From an uncultured Hymenobacter sp. (lineage in GTDB: Bacteria > Bacteroidota > Bacteroidia > Cytophagales > Hymenobacteraceae), in the NCBI GenBank assembly GCA_964251335.1, contig CAXUKA010000001.1, forward strand, positions 20,034 through 84,033: DNA of 64,000 nucleotides, in the 5' to 3' direction. The notes below the pieces were generated by a model. The model saw only the letters and a program-made list of their open reading frames with translations, made no database searches and was not told where the DNA came from. Position numbers and translations under genes: made by a program. Below are positions 43,326 through 52,281 of the stretch, one piece after another. The first letter of the stretch is position 1. Each line of letters starts with the position of its first letter.

Positions 43326-44003
43326 GAATGGATGATAAAGCAGCCGTCCTGATAAAATGCAAGGGATATACTCCTTGGTCGGGGAATTAAGCTTCAACCA
43401 TCAAACACCTGTTAAACTAAAAAGAAGCGTAGAAAACAGGTTTTAATCTACTAAACTTAACACTCCACTGCCGTCAGCACTTCTTAAGGGAAAAGAATGT
43501 GCGTTAGCCCCTGCTGCTATTCGGCATTTCCAACCCGGCTCTGAACCGGCAGATTCGGGTTGCCTGGCAGCGATGGAATTGCGCGAGGTAGCCTCCCGTA
43601 TCTACTCCGCAGACTTGGCCACGGCGCCGGAAGTACTGATTCGCAAGAACTGCTGCCAGTGGTGCAGTACCCGTTGCGCCACTGGAGGGCTTAGCGTATA
43701 AATCCGCCCTTGTATCAACGGCTTATTCCAGCCTGACTGACTGGGTGAGACAAATCAGCCCATTTTTAGTGGTAAGGTAAGCTTGGCGTTGTTTTCCGTT
43801 CCTACTATCGTGCGCCCCCTTTTAGTACGACAGCTAAAAATCAGTTGAACGTTGCCCTGCGTTTTCATGTCGACCCCACCACGAAGGAAGCAGGTCAGCC
43901 TTTTAGGCATGGATAGTCCTTAAAGGTAGACCATGCAAAGCGGTAAGATTCAGGAAATCTTTGTTTCGTTTATTTCGTTTGTAAGTTTACAACGATAATC
44001 AAT

Positions 44004-44465
44004 ATGACTATGGAAGCCATCCTTGAGAAACCATCCCTGCGGGACCAGCAGGTGGCCAGTGCTTCGCTAGACGGCTTCGCGCTCGCCTTCGCGAAAAACG
44101 GACCTGAGCGCAACGGTATAAACATCCGCATCCAGGAAAGCGGGACCGACATTACCATTCCCCGCAAGGCGCTGGAATTGCTGCAATTCATTCTCTCGAG
44201 CATGGCGCAGGGGAAAGCGGTTTCCCTGATTCCCTCCGATTCAGAAGTAACGACCCAGCAGGCCGCCGACATGCTAAACGTGTCGCGGCCGCACCTAGTC
44301 AAGCTGCTGGAGCAGGGCGCGCTCCCTTTTAAGAAGGTGGGCAGCCACCGCCGGGTACTGCTGGAGGATTTGCTCGCTTACGAGGCTAGGCAAACGCAAC
44401 AGCGGGAACACCAGCTGCAACTCCTCGCAGCGCAGGCGCAGGAATTAGGCCTGGGTTACGAATGA
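44004..44465 (+). CDS. Excisionase/MerR-type HTH protein, putative antitoxin of the downstream PIN gene
   Basis: TTQQAADMLNVSRPHLVKLLEQGALPFKKVGSHRRVLLEDLLAY. ATGA overlap with the next ORF. Confidence 0.7.
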   Translation: MTMEAILEKPSLRDQQVASASLDGFALAFAKNGPERNGINIRIQESGTDITIPRKALELLQFILSSMAQGKAVSLIPSDSEVTTQQAADMLNVSRPHLVKLLEQGALPFKKVGSHRRVLLEDLLAYEARQTQQREHQLQLLAAQAQELGLGYE

Positions 44466-44602
44466 TTCACTCGCCCCGGTTCATTGCCGTGCTTGATGCC
44501 TGCGTGCTCTACCCTGTGCCCATCCGGGACCTGCTGCTGAGCCTGGCCTCGGCCGGGTTGGGGTGGTCTAGTTACGCTGAACAGTTTAGGGCGTTAAGTT
44601 GA
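44462..44602 (+). pseudogene. PIN-domain toxin gene truncated after about 34 codons by the IS remnant
   Basis: MIHSPRFIAVLDACVLYPVPIRDLLLSLASAGLG is a PIN N-terminus with the first acidic residue. The frame then runs into IS-derived sequence and stops. Confidence 0.6.
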
Positions 44603-45375
44603 AGAAGCTGTTGGTGAGTATGATAAGGCGTCTGGTAACCGATGCTAGAGTGCAGGCGCTCGCGATTGTAGTAGTCAAAATAGTCGGCCACGCTGGCCTG
44701 CGCGTCGGCTAGGTCGGTAAAAACGGGCCGCTCGCGGCCTTCGAGTACCTCCGTTTTGAGGCGTGACCAGAGGCTCTCAGCTTGCGCATTGTCGTAGCAG
44801 TCACTGCGGCGGCTCTGCGAGCGGAGGGCCTGGTGGTCGTGGAGCAGCTTGCGGTACACCTTACCGCAAGCTGCTCACCGCGGTCGGAGTGGACAAGCAA
44901 GTCAGGTGTGGGTGGCTGAGCCCAAAAAGCGCGCTGCAAGGCGGTGGTAATCAACTCCTCCGGCATGGTGGCCATGACGTGCCAGCCCACCACCTGCTTG
45001 CTGACCATGTCCTGGTACGCGCACAGGTAGGCCCAGTTCCCATTGGCCAGTGGCAGGTAGGCGATATCGCTGACCCAGACCTGGTTAGCTTGCGTCGGCT
45101 TGGGCTGATTGAGTAGCCGGTTCGGCGCGCAGCGCAGCCCGTGGGTAGAGTCGGTGGTGCGTGGGGTGAAAGCCTTGGGCTGCAGCGCGTGCAGGCCCCG
45201 GCGGCGCATGGCCCCACGTAGGCGCTGCCGCCCGATGCAGTAGCTCTTGCGGCGCAAAGCGACCTGCAGCCGGCGCGTGCTGGTCATCGGCATATGGCGC
45301 TTTCGGGCGCGGCGCCGCGACATTGAGCAGTGCCGTACCGCTGGCGCGTGAGCATTGATAAACTCTGATAATCAT
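44564..45375 (-). mobile_element. Decayed IS3-family element: orfB (DDE/rve transposase) only, frameshifted, with orfA missing
   Basis: Two frames (44709..45323 and 44572..44859) together give QVWVSDIAYL (D), LLVHSDRG (D) and CYDNAQAESLW (E). The left end begins TGGTCTAG. The total length of under 0.9 kb is too short for an intact IS3. Confidence 0.75.
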
Positions 45376-45449
45376 TTTGTTAGGGCTAGTGCTAGCGTGG
45401 AAACAAAATTCTTCACCAAGAGTATAGTAAAGATGATGCTTTTCAGAAA

Positions 45450-46529
45450 TTAGCGATTGGTATACCAGCGGCGTCGAAACCAGAAGGCAACGTTTACCAG
45501 CGCAATCAGGGCCGGTACCTCAATCAGCGGCCCGATGACACCGGCAAAGGCTTGCCCCGAGTTGAGCCCGAACACGCCGATGGCCACGGCAATGGCCAGC
45601 TCGAAATTGTTGCCGGTGGCCGTGAAGGCGATGCTGGCATTTTCGGCGTAGTCGGCCCCGAGCCACTTGCCGGCCGCGAAGCTGAGCACGAACATGATGC
45701 CGAAGTAGAGGGCCAGCGGCAGGGCGATGCGCAGCACGTCGAAGGGAAGCCGCACGATGGTTTCGCCTTTCAAGCTGAACATGACCACGATGGTTAATAG
45801 CAAGGCAATTAAGGTAATTGGGCTAATGGCCGGAATGTACACCCGCTCGTACCACTCGTTGCCTTTGAGGCGGCGCAGGATGGTGCGCGAGAGAAAGCCC
45901 GCCGCGAAGGGGATGCCCAGGTAAATCAGTACACTCGGGGCAATGTCGCTCATGCGGAGGTTCACGGCGTAGCCTTTCAGGCCGAAGTGCGGGGGCAGGA
46001 CCGTGATAAAAAGCCAGGCCAGCACGGCGTAAAACAGCACCTGAAAGATGGAATTCAGGGCCACCAGGCCGGCCGCGTACTCGCGGCTGCCATCGGCCAG
46101 GTCGTTCCAGACCAGCACCATCGCGATGCAACGGGCGATGCCGATGAGAATCAGGCCCATCATGTACGCGGGCTTGTCGGGCAGCAGCCAAATGGCCAGG
46201 AAGAACATGAGCAGCGGGCCCACTAGCCAGTTCAGCACCAGCGACAAGCCGATGATGCGCGTGTTTTTAAAGACCGTGGGCAGCTGCTCGTACTTGACCT
46301 TGGCCAGTGGCGGGTACATCATGAGAATCAGGCCCAGGGCCAGCGGCACGTTCACCGTGCCCACCGAGAAGTAGTTCACGGCGTCGTTGATACCCGGCAC
46401 GAAGTAGCCCAGGGCCACCCCCAGGGCCATGGCCAAGAATATCCAGAGCGTCAGCCCCCGGTCGAGGCCCGAGAGCTTCTTTTGGGCAAGGGCCGTTGGG
46501 GGCGGCGTGGGGAGGGAGTGCGGAAGCAT
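45450..46529 (-). CDS. acr3: ACR3-family arsenite efflux transporter
   Basis: [36 protein letters not shown] and [12 protein letters not shown] motifs, 10 TM helices. Confidence 0.9.
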   Translation of the reverse strand: MLPHSLPTPPPTALAQKKLSGLDRGLTLWIFLAMALGVALGYFVPGINDAVNYFSVGTVNVPLALGLILMMYPPLAKVKYEQLPTVFKNTRIIGLSLVLNWLVGPLLMFFLAIWLLPDKPAYMMGLILIGIARCIAMVLVWNDLADGSREYAAGLVALNSIFQVLFYAVLAWLFITVLPPHFGLKGYAVNLRMSDIAPSVLIYLGIPFAAGFLSRTILRRLKGNEWYERVYIPAISPITLIALLLTIVVMFSLKGETIVRLPFDVLRIALPLALYFGIMFVLSFAAGKWLGADYAENASIAFTATGNNFELAIAVAIGVFGLNSGQAFAGVIGPLIEVPALIALVNVAFWFRRRWYTNR

Positions 46530-46547
46530 AGTTTTGAAAGAAAGAAG

Positions 46548-47045
46548 TTAAGCGACGCCCACGGTCGGGCTGCGGAGCTCCAGTTGCACCGTGTTGCGCC
46601 ACACGCCGTGGTGCTGGCCGATGCGTTCGCGGTGCCCGATGACGCGGAACCCGGCTTGGGTGTGCAGGCCAATGCTGGCCGCGTTTTCCGCGAAAGTGCC
46701 GGCTTGCAGCGTCCAGATGCCATTGGCTTCGGATGCCTGAATCAGCGCCTGGAGCAGCTGCCGGCCCACGCCTTGCCCCCGCGCCTCAGCGGCGATGTAG
46801 ATGCTGATTTCCGCCACGCCCCCGTAGACGCAGCGGCCCGAAACGGGCGAGAGCGCCGCCCACCCCAGCACTGTCCCGTCGGGGGCCAGGGCTACCAGGC
46901 GGCTATGCGCCAGGTGGCCCTTGTCCCAGGCTTCCCACGTCGGGGCTTGGGTTTCAAAGGTGGCGTTGCCCGTCGCAATGCCTTGCTCATAAATGGCCCG
47001 TACGGGCGGCCAGTAGGCAGCGGTTAGCGCTTGCAGTTGCAGCAT
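46548..47045 (-). CDS. GNAT acetyltransferase of the phosphinothricin-acetyltransferase/ArsN1 type
   Basis: YEQGIATGNATFET, RGQGVGRQLL and GFRVIGHRERIGQHHGVWRNTVQLE motifs. It lies inside the ars operon. Confidence 0.8.
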   Translation of the reverse strand: MLQLQALTAAYWPPVRAIYEQGIATGNATFETQAPTWEAWDKGHLAHSRLVALAPDGTVLGWAALSPVSGRCVYGGVAEISIYIAAEARGQGVGRQLLQALIQASEANGIWTLQAGTFAENAASIGLHTQAGFRVIGHRERIGQHHGVWRNTVQLELRSPTVGVA

Positions 47046-47057
47046 AGAACCAAGGGG

Positions 47058-47387
47058 TTAAGGACGAGGCCAGAACAGGATAATGCCGATGCCGATGAAG
47101 CAGACCAGGCCCCCGATGATGTCGAATCGGTCGGGCTTAAAGCCGTCCACGTACCAGGCCCAGGTAATCGACATGACCACGAACACGCCCCCGTACACGG
47201 CGTAGGTTTTGCCAAAAGAGGTCGTCTGCCAGGTCGCCACCCAGCCGTAGAGCACGAGCAGCACTGCCCCGAGTACCCCTGTCCACAGCGGCCGGTCGGC
47301 TTTCAGCCATTGCCAGAGCAAGTAGCCCCCCCCGATTTCGCAGAGGCCAGCCAGGAAGTAGAGGCCAAGGGTTTGCAGAGAATTCAC
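47058..47387 (-). CDS. ynfA: YnfA/UPF0060-family small membrane protein
   Basis: LCEIGGGYLLWQWLK, YAVYGGVFVVMSITWAWYVDGFKPDRFDIIG and overall length match E. coli YnfA. Confidence 0.8.
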   Translation of the reverse strand: MNSLQTLGLYFLAGLCEIGGGYLLWQWLKADRPLWTGVLGAVLLVLYGWVATWQTTSFGKTYAVYGGVFVVMSITWAWYVDGFKPDRFDIIGGLVCFIGIGIILFWPRP

Positions 47388-47401
47388 GAAGAAGCAATTA
47401 G

Positions 47402-48175
47402 TTAGTACGCCTTGCGCAGCATGTCAGCGTATTCGTTGGGCAGCGGTGAGGCTTCGACCGCCTGTGCGGCCTGTTCCACATCGTAGACCACCCGAATAAA
47501 TTCGGCGCGCACGCTACTGGCGTCGGTGAGGCTGGTGTTCTGGTCGAGGTGCAGCAGCAGGTAGGCGGCGCGGGCGTCGCCATCCTTGGGCTTGCCCACC
47601 GAGCCGATGTTGAGCGCGTGCCGGTAGCGGGTTTCGCCCTCGTGCTCGTAGGGAATGGCCCGGTGGTAGGGTTTATGGGTGTGCCCAAAGAGCAGAATAT
47701 CCGCCCCGGCCCCTTCCAGCAGGCGCGAAAAGCTGCCTTCCGGAAAGTCCTCGAACAAGTATTGGTTGATGCGGCGCGGCGAGCCGTGGACCATGAGCAG
47801 GCTGAGCGTGCAGGGCTCGTCCTGGAAATCCAGGCGCATGTGCTTGGGCAGCAGGCGCAGGTACCGCCGCTCGTCGTCCCCCACAATGGCGTTGGTGTAG
47901 GCGATACTTTGCGCGCCCAGGCCCTTGTCGGTGTCCGTTTGGTAGGCGCAGCCGCAATCGGAGCTGGCCAGGCCAATGCCCTGGTCGTAGTTGCCGGCCA
48001 GCGTGGGGATGCCCCGCCGCCGCACCTCGTTCACCACTTCATTGGGCCAAGGGGCATAGCCCACCAGGTCGCCCAGGCAAAACACCAGGTCCGGCCGGCG
48101 CTGGTCCAAGTCGGCCAGCACCGCTTGCAGGGCCGGTAGGTTGCCGTGCACGTCGGAAAAGAAGGCAATCGTCAT
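47402..48175 (-). CDS. Metallophosphoesterase, paralog of 24542..25312
   Basis: FSDVHGNLPALQAVLADL, GDLVGYAPWPNEV, GNYD and GHTHKPY motifs. It is collinear with the fluoride-cluster copy over its full length. Confidence 0.85.
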   Translation of the reverse strand: MTIAFFSDVHGNLPALQAVLADLDQRRPDLVFCLGDLVGYAPWPNEVVNEVRRRGIPTLAGNYDQGIGLASSDCGCAYQTDTDKGLGAQSIAYTNAIVGDDERRYLRLLPKHMRLDFQDEPCTLSLLMVHGSPRRINQYLFEDFPEGSFSRLLEGAGADILLFGHTHKPYHRAIPYEHEGETRYRHALNIGSVGKPKDGDARAAYLLLHLDQNTSLTDASSVRAEFIRVVYDVEQAAQAVEASPLPNEYADMLRKAY

Positions 48176-48244
48176 CGGAAAGAATGGAGGAGGAGGGATG
48201 GAAAGCAAAACGGCGCAACCCGAGGGGCTGCGCCGTGGGAGGCC

Positions 48245-48703
48245 TTAGCAGCACCCGCCGCCCGGCGTGCAGCACGCCACTTGCAGTTGGGGCAGAGCAA
48301 AGGCGGCGTCGGGAATGCCACAGGCATCTTGCGCCAGGCAAGCGGTCTGCTTGGGCGTCAGCACGAAGTCCTTGCCGTCGAAGGTGAGGCCGAACTTGCC
48401 GATGGTCGCTTGCTGATACTCCACTTCAATGGGCAAATCTTCGCTGCCCAGAATCTTCTCCGACAGGTCCAGGATGTGCAGGAATTTTTGCGGGGCCAGC
48501 CGGTGGTCGTAGTCGCCGGCTTCCCAGAGCTGGAAGTTGGCCACGGTTTCCTGGCGCTCGACGCCGCCGCAGTCGATGAAGTGCTTGCTCACCAGGCCCA
48601 CTTCCGTGACGTGGAAGTGCGCCGGCAGGTATTCGCCGGTAGGCAGGCGAAAATTCACGGCTTCCAGTCCGGCTAGGGACTGCTTCATTTCGGACATATT
48701 CAT
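48245..48703 (-). CDS. DUF6428-like ars-operon protein with a Cys-rich C-terminus
   Basis: LPAHFHVTEVG, the C-terminal QVACCTPGGGCC, and its position directly after arsR. Confidence 0.65.
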   Translation of the reverse strand: MNMSEMKQSLAGLEAVNFRLPTGEYLPAHFHVTEVGLVSKHFIDCGGVERQETVANFQLWEAGDYDHRLAPQKFLHILDLSEKILGSEDLPIEVEYQQATIGKFGLTFDGKDFVLTPKQTACLAQDACGIPDAAFALPQLQVACCTPGGGCC

Positions 48704-48733
48704 AAAAAAGCGCTTTTAGTGAGATAGTTAGGG

Positions 48734-49087
48734 TTAGCAGGCGCAGGCATCATCCGGCCCGCAGACCGGTCCCGTCGCGGTGGCCTCGATGAAAAAGGCC
48801 GTGAACTGTTGGTGTACCTGGTTTAGCAATTCGGTATTGAGGCAGTAGCAGACCGTGAGTCCGTCGATTTCGCCGCGAATCAGGTCCAGGGCCTTCAGCT
48901 CCTGCAGGTGCTGGGAAACGGTGGTGCGCGAGAGGGGCAGTTCGGCGGCGATGTCGCCCGAGATGCAGGTGGTCTTGCTGGCCAGCAACTGGATAATGGC
49001 TACCCGCGCCGGGTGGGCCAGCGCCTTGGCCACGCGGGCAAGCTGCTGCTGGTCGGTAGTAAAGGCGGCAGTTTTGGCGTAGGTCAT
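48734..49087 (-). CDS. arsR: ArsR/SmtB-family metalloregulator
   Basis: [45 protein letters not shown]-terminal Cys cluster is present (CGPDDACAC). Confidence 0.9.
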   Translation of the reverse strand: MTYAKTAAFTTDQQQLARVAKALAHPARVAIIQLLASKTTCISGDIAAELPLSRTTVSQHLQELKALDLIRGEIDGLTVCYCLNTELLNQVHQQFTAFFIEATATGPVCGPDDACAC

Positions 49088-49124
49088 GGCTAACTATGAA
49101 GTATGTCGCAAATATACGACAAAG

Positions 49125-49146
49125 CATGACGTAAGTATACGTCATG
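49125..49146. promoter_or_regulatory. Palindromic ArsR-operator candidate
   Basis: catgacgta-agta-tacgtcatg lies about 40 nt upstream of the arsR start. Confidence 0.5.
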
Positions 49147-49350
49147 ATGAAAGAGATTTCTGTCATTAAATGGGCTGTGCAACCCTAACGTGCGTTTTTC
49201 GCCGTTGAAAGACTTGCTGACTGAATATAATTGCTGCGGGCAACGTGCTAGTGGCGCGAAAGCAGACTATTAGCGCAACTCCAGTCGGGACCGGAGCGAA
49301 TGGGTGACCGGGTAGCTTTATTGAATTGAATTTTTCCCGACAGCCCAGGT

Positions 49351-50715
49351 ATGGAGTGGACTTCGCAGCAGCCAAATTTTACGAATCAGGCCTTGCCGAA
49401 GCATTTCAGCTTCCGGTTCTGGCTGGCGGCCGGGGTGGCGGGCGTGGCGGCGGGCGTAGCCGCCGGACTGCTCATGAAGCTGCTGCGCCTGGTGCAGCAC
49501 CTGGCCTGGGCCTACCAAAGCGGCGATTTTTTGAGTGCCGTGGAGCACAGCTCGGCCCGGCACCGGGTGCTGCTGCTTAGCCTTGCCGGTGGGCTGACGG
49601 CCGGCGGCCTATGGCTGGCGCGCCGCTTCTGGCCCAAGCCGGGGTGGGGCCTTTCCTCCGGTATCTGGCTGCACGCGGGCGCGCTGCCCTTACTGGCTTC
49701 CCTCTACAATGGGGTGCTCTCCGTTATCCTGGTGAGTTTGGGCGCGGCGCTCGGCCGGGAGTCGGCCCCGAAGGAGGCCGGGGCGGCGTTTGCGGCCAGC
49801 CTGGCCGACCTGGGCCGCCTCACCTTGCCCGAGCGCCAGCTGCTGGCGGCCTGCGGGGCCGGGGCGGGCATGGCCGCCGTCTACAACGTTCCTTTCGGCG
49901 GGGCGCTCTTCGCGCTGGAAGTGCTACTGGGCTCGCTGGCCTTGCCCGCCGTGCTGCCGGCGCTGGTTGTCTCGTTCATTGCCACCTGGGTGTCGTGGCT
50001 GCTGCTGCCGCAGGCGCCCACTTTTGTGGTGCCCGTAGCGGCCGTTACCACGGGAATGCTGGTGTGGAGCGTGCTATTTGGGCTGCTGGCTGGGGTCGTG
50101 TCGGTGGGGTACGTGCGGCTGATTGGGCGGGCCCGGCGTGCCAAGCCCACCGGCCCGGCCCGGCTGTGGCTGCCGCTGGTCGTATTCGCTGGCCTGGGGC
50201 TGGCCGCTATTGAGTTTCCCGAGCTGCTAGGCAACGGCCGCAACGTGGTGCAACAGGCCATTGACAGCCGCTTGAGTGTGCTGCTGTTCGCCGGGCTGCT
50301 GCTGCTGCGTCCTCTGGCTACGGCCGCTTGCCTGCGCACCGGGGCTCCCGGCGGGCTGTTCACGCCCACCCTGACGTTCGGCGCCTTGCTGGGCGGGCTG
50401 GCCGGGCGGGGCTGGGCCATCGTTTGGCCAGCAGCGGTCCCTAGCTCGTCGCTAGGGGCTTACGCCGTAGTGGGTGCCGGGGCGATTCTAGCCTCGGCCA
50501 CCCAGGCGCCGCTTTCGTCTATCCTACTTATGCTGGAGCTCGGCACCCACGTCGATAAGCTGCTGATGCCCCTGCTCATTGCCACTGCGGTGGCCACCCA
50601 CGTGTCGCGGCGGCTCGAAGCCCGGTCGATATACGCCGTGGCCGGTCCTCCTTCAGAAGGCACCCCTACCCCGGCCCCGCAGGGAGATGACTGGCACGCA
50701 GCCATCACGTCCTGA
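49351..50715 (+). CDS. ClC-family chloride channel or antiporter (canonical type, not CLC-F)
   Basis: GRESAPKEAG, GMAAVYNVPFGGALFALE and GAPGGLFTPTL (GxFxP) motifs. Confidence 0.85.
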   Translation: MEWTSQQPNFTNQALPKHFSFRFWLAAGVAGVAAGVAAGLLMKLLRLVQHLAWAYQSGDFLSAVEHSSARHRVLLLSLAGGLTAGGLWLARRFWPKPGWGLSSGIWLHAGALPLLASLYNGVLSVILVSLGAALGRESAPKEAGAAFAASLADLGRLTLPERQLLAACGAGAGMAAVYNVPFGGALFALEVLLGSLALPAVLPALVVSFIATWVSWLLLPQAPTFVVPVAAVTTGMLVWSVLFGLLAGVVSVGYVRLIGRARRAKPTGPARLWLPLVVFAGLGLAAIEFPELLGNGRNVVQQAIDSRLSVLLFAGLLLLRPLATAACLRTGAPGGLFTPTLTFGALLGGLAGRGWAIVWPAAVPSSSLGAYAVVGAGAILASATQAPLSSILLMLELGTHVDKLLMPLLIATAVATHVSRRLEARSIYAVAGPPSEGTPTPAPQGDDWHAAITS

Positions 50716-50806
50716 GCACAAAAGGCGCTACGAAGCAGGCCCTGGCGCCAACCCAGCAAGGTGCTAGGTCGGCGCCAGGGCCTGCCAAGGTCAGGTAGCT
50801 ACCAGT

Positions 50807-51043
50807 TTAGGCGGGTACCGGTCCGAGCGTTTCGCGTAGCTTGGGTCCATCGAAGGGCAGGCCTTGCAGTGGGGCCAGCAAGCACAGGTCAGCGCCACCC
50901 ATAGCCAGGGGCAACAGGCCTAGGGCAGCCAGTCCCCAGTTTTTGCGGGCTTGCACCAGCCCGGCCCCTAGTAGGGCCGCACCGATGGCAACGCGGGCCG
51001 CACGGCCTGTTGGAGAAGCGACTAAACGCAGGAAGTTATCCAT
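50807..51043 (-). CDS. Small two-TM protein, YgaP/DUF2892-like
   Basis: Internal Met MDNFLRLVASPTGRAARVAIGAALLG...GGADLCLLAPLQG. Confidence 0.4.
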   Translation of the reverse strand: MDNFLRLVASPTGRAARVAIGAALLGAGLVQARKNWGLAALGLLPLAMGGADLCLLAPLQGLPFDGPKLRETLGPVPA

Positions 51044-51147
51044 AATAGTGGCAGAAGTTAAGTGACTATTGGTATACGCCGCCGCTGGGCAGGTGGTCAT
51101 GCAAGTAGCATCCAGCAGCGCTGACCTTAACGTAGCTAAGCCCGCAG

Positions 51148-51657
51148 TTAGCTGACTCGCAGCCGGATGCTATCAGCCTGGCCGGCCCGAATAAATCCCC
51201 AGCCCGATAGCAGTAGCAGCACGCCGAAGCCCAGGAAAGCGAGGTCGGCGGGCAGGTGGTTACCCGTGTACTCGTAGACGTGGTGCAGGCTCAGAATCTC
51301 GTGGTCAATGGTGCCTTCCACCACGTTAAACAAGCCCCAGCCTATCAGCAAGCCCCCGAAGAACGTGCGGCCCGACCATGGCACATCGGTCTGGGCGCCA
51401 GCGCCCCACAGCAGGCGCAGACCCAGGGCCGTCATTATCCAGACGGCCGCGTGAAAGATGCCGTCCCAGTACATGTTCACCTTAGCATCCACGAGGTTGT
51501 TAGGGGGCATTTTACCGGATAGCATGTTGTGCCACTGCAAAATCTGGTGCAGCAGGATGCCATCCACGAAGCCGCCCATGCCCGCCCCCATGAGGATACC
51601 GGTGGCAATTAGCGGAGCGCGGTGGGTGCGGCTGGCCGGAGCAGAGTAGGTTTCCAA
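51148..51657 (-). CDS. DUF2243-family membrane protein
   Basis: GMGGFVDGILLHQILQWHNML and WDGIFHAAVW motifs. Confidence 0.65.
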   Translation of the reverse strand: METYSAPASRTHRAPLIATGILMGAGMGGFVDGILLHQILQWHNMLSGKMPPNNLVDAKVNMYWDGIFHAAVWIMTALGLRLLWGAGAQTDVPWSGRTFFGGLLIGWGLFNVVEGTIDHEILSLHHVYEYTGNHLPADLAFLGFGVLLLLSGWGFIRAGQADSIRLRVS

Positions 51658-51863
51658 TATAGTGAAGGGAAGGATGATGAAAAATAAAGGAGCAGCCCGC
51701 CGCCGATAAGCAGCAGTACGGGCAGCAGCATGAGCAGCGCGTTAGCCGCGTAGTGCTGGTTATGAATAGCCGCCTGCACTTTGGGCCGGCAAACGGTGCA
51801 GGCGCCAGCCGTGTGCGCGCCAGTCAGCAACGCGACCAGCAGCAGGGAGAAGAGCTTCGACAT
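51609..51863 (-). CDS. Small membrane protein (hypothetical); its 3' end overlaps the DUF2243 gene by 49 nt
   Basis: Signal-like N-terminus MSKLFSLLLVALLTGAHTAGA and a second hydrophobic helix. The overlap is unusually long. Confidence 0.3.
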   Translation of the reverse strand: MSKLFSLLLVALLTGAHTAGACTVCRPKVQAAIHNQHYAANALLMLLPVLLLIGGGLLLYFSSSFPSLYWKPTLLRPAAPTALR

Positions 51864-52281
51864 GGGCGTAGAAATAAAGACTAACTGCGCAGACTACGGC
51901 CTGACGAGTCGTAATGTTATTTCTGCAAGCACCTAATTAATTCAGGATGAGCTTATAATCAAAGCAAAGGTCGCCACGGCAAAAGGCTAAGCATTCGATA
52001 ATCGCTGCTGAATCAACGTTGAGTTCTGCCCCGCCTCAAGCCTATTCAAAAAAGCATTTTAATCCCAAGTCAGGAAAAGCAAGCACCGCAATGGGCGGCT
52101 GCTTACAGCAGCAGATTTGACCACCATGACATTGTATGGGCCTGGGGGAAGAGCTTGCTAGCTGAGACTAAAAAACGACAGATAGTAAGGTCATGTGCCC
52201 CTAAATTCTGGTAACTGCCAGCTTGGGTAAGCACAAACCTGCTTGTTGTATTCTAGCGCGTTACATAGCTTATACCCGGCG

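Noticed and set aside
49351-50715. The second ClC gene as another fluoride (CLC-F) exporter
   Set aside because: It has a GxFxP-type GGLFTP and lacks the GNNLI, GREGT and GEVTP signatures. No riboswitch-like sequence was seen in 49170..49350.
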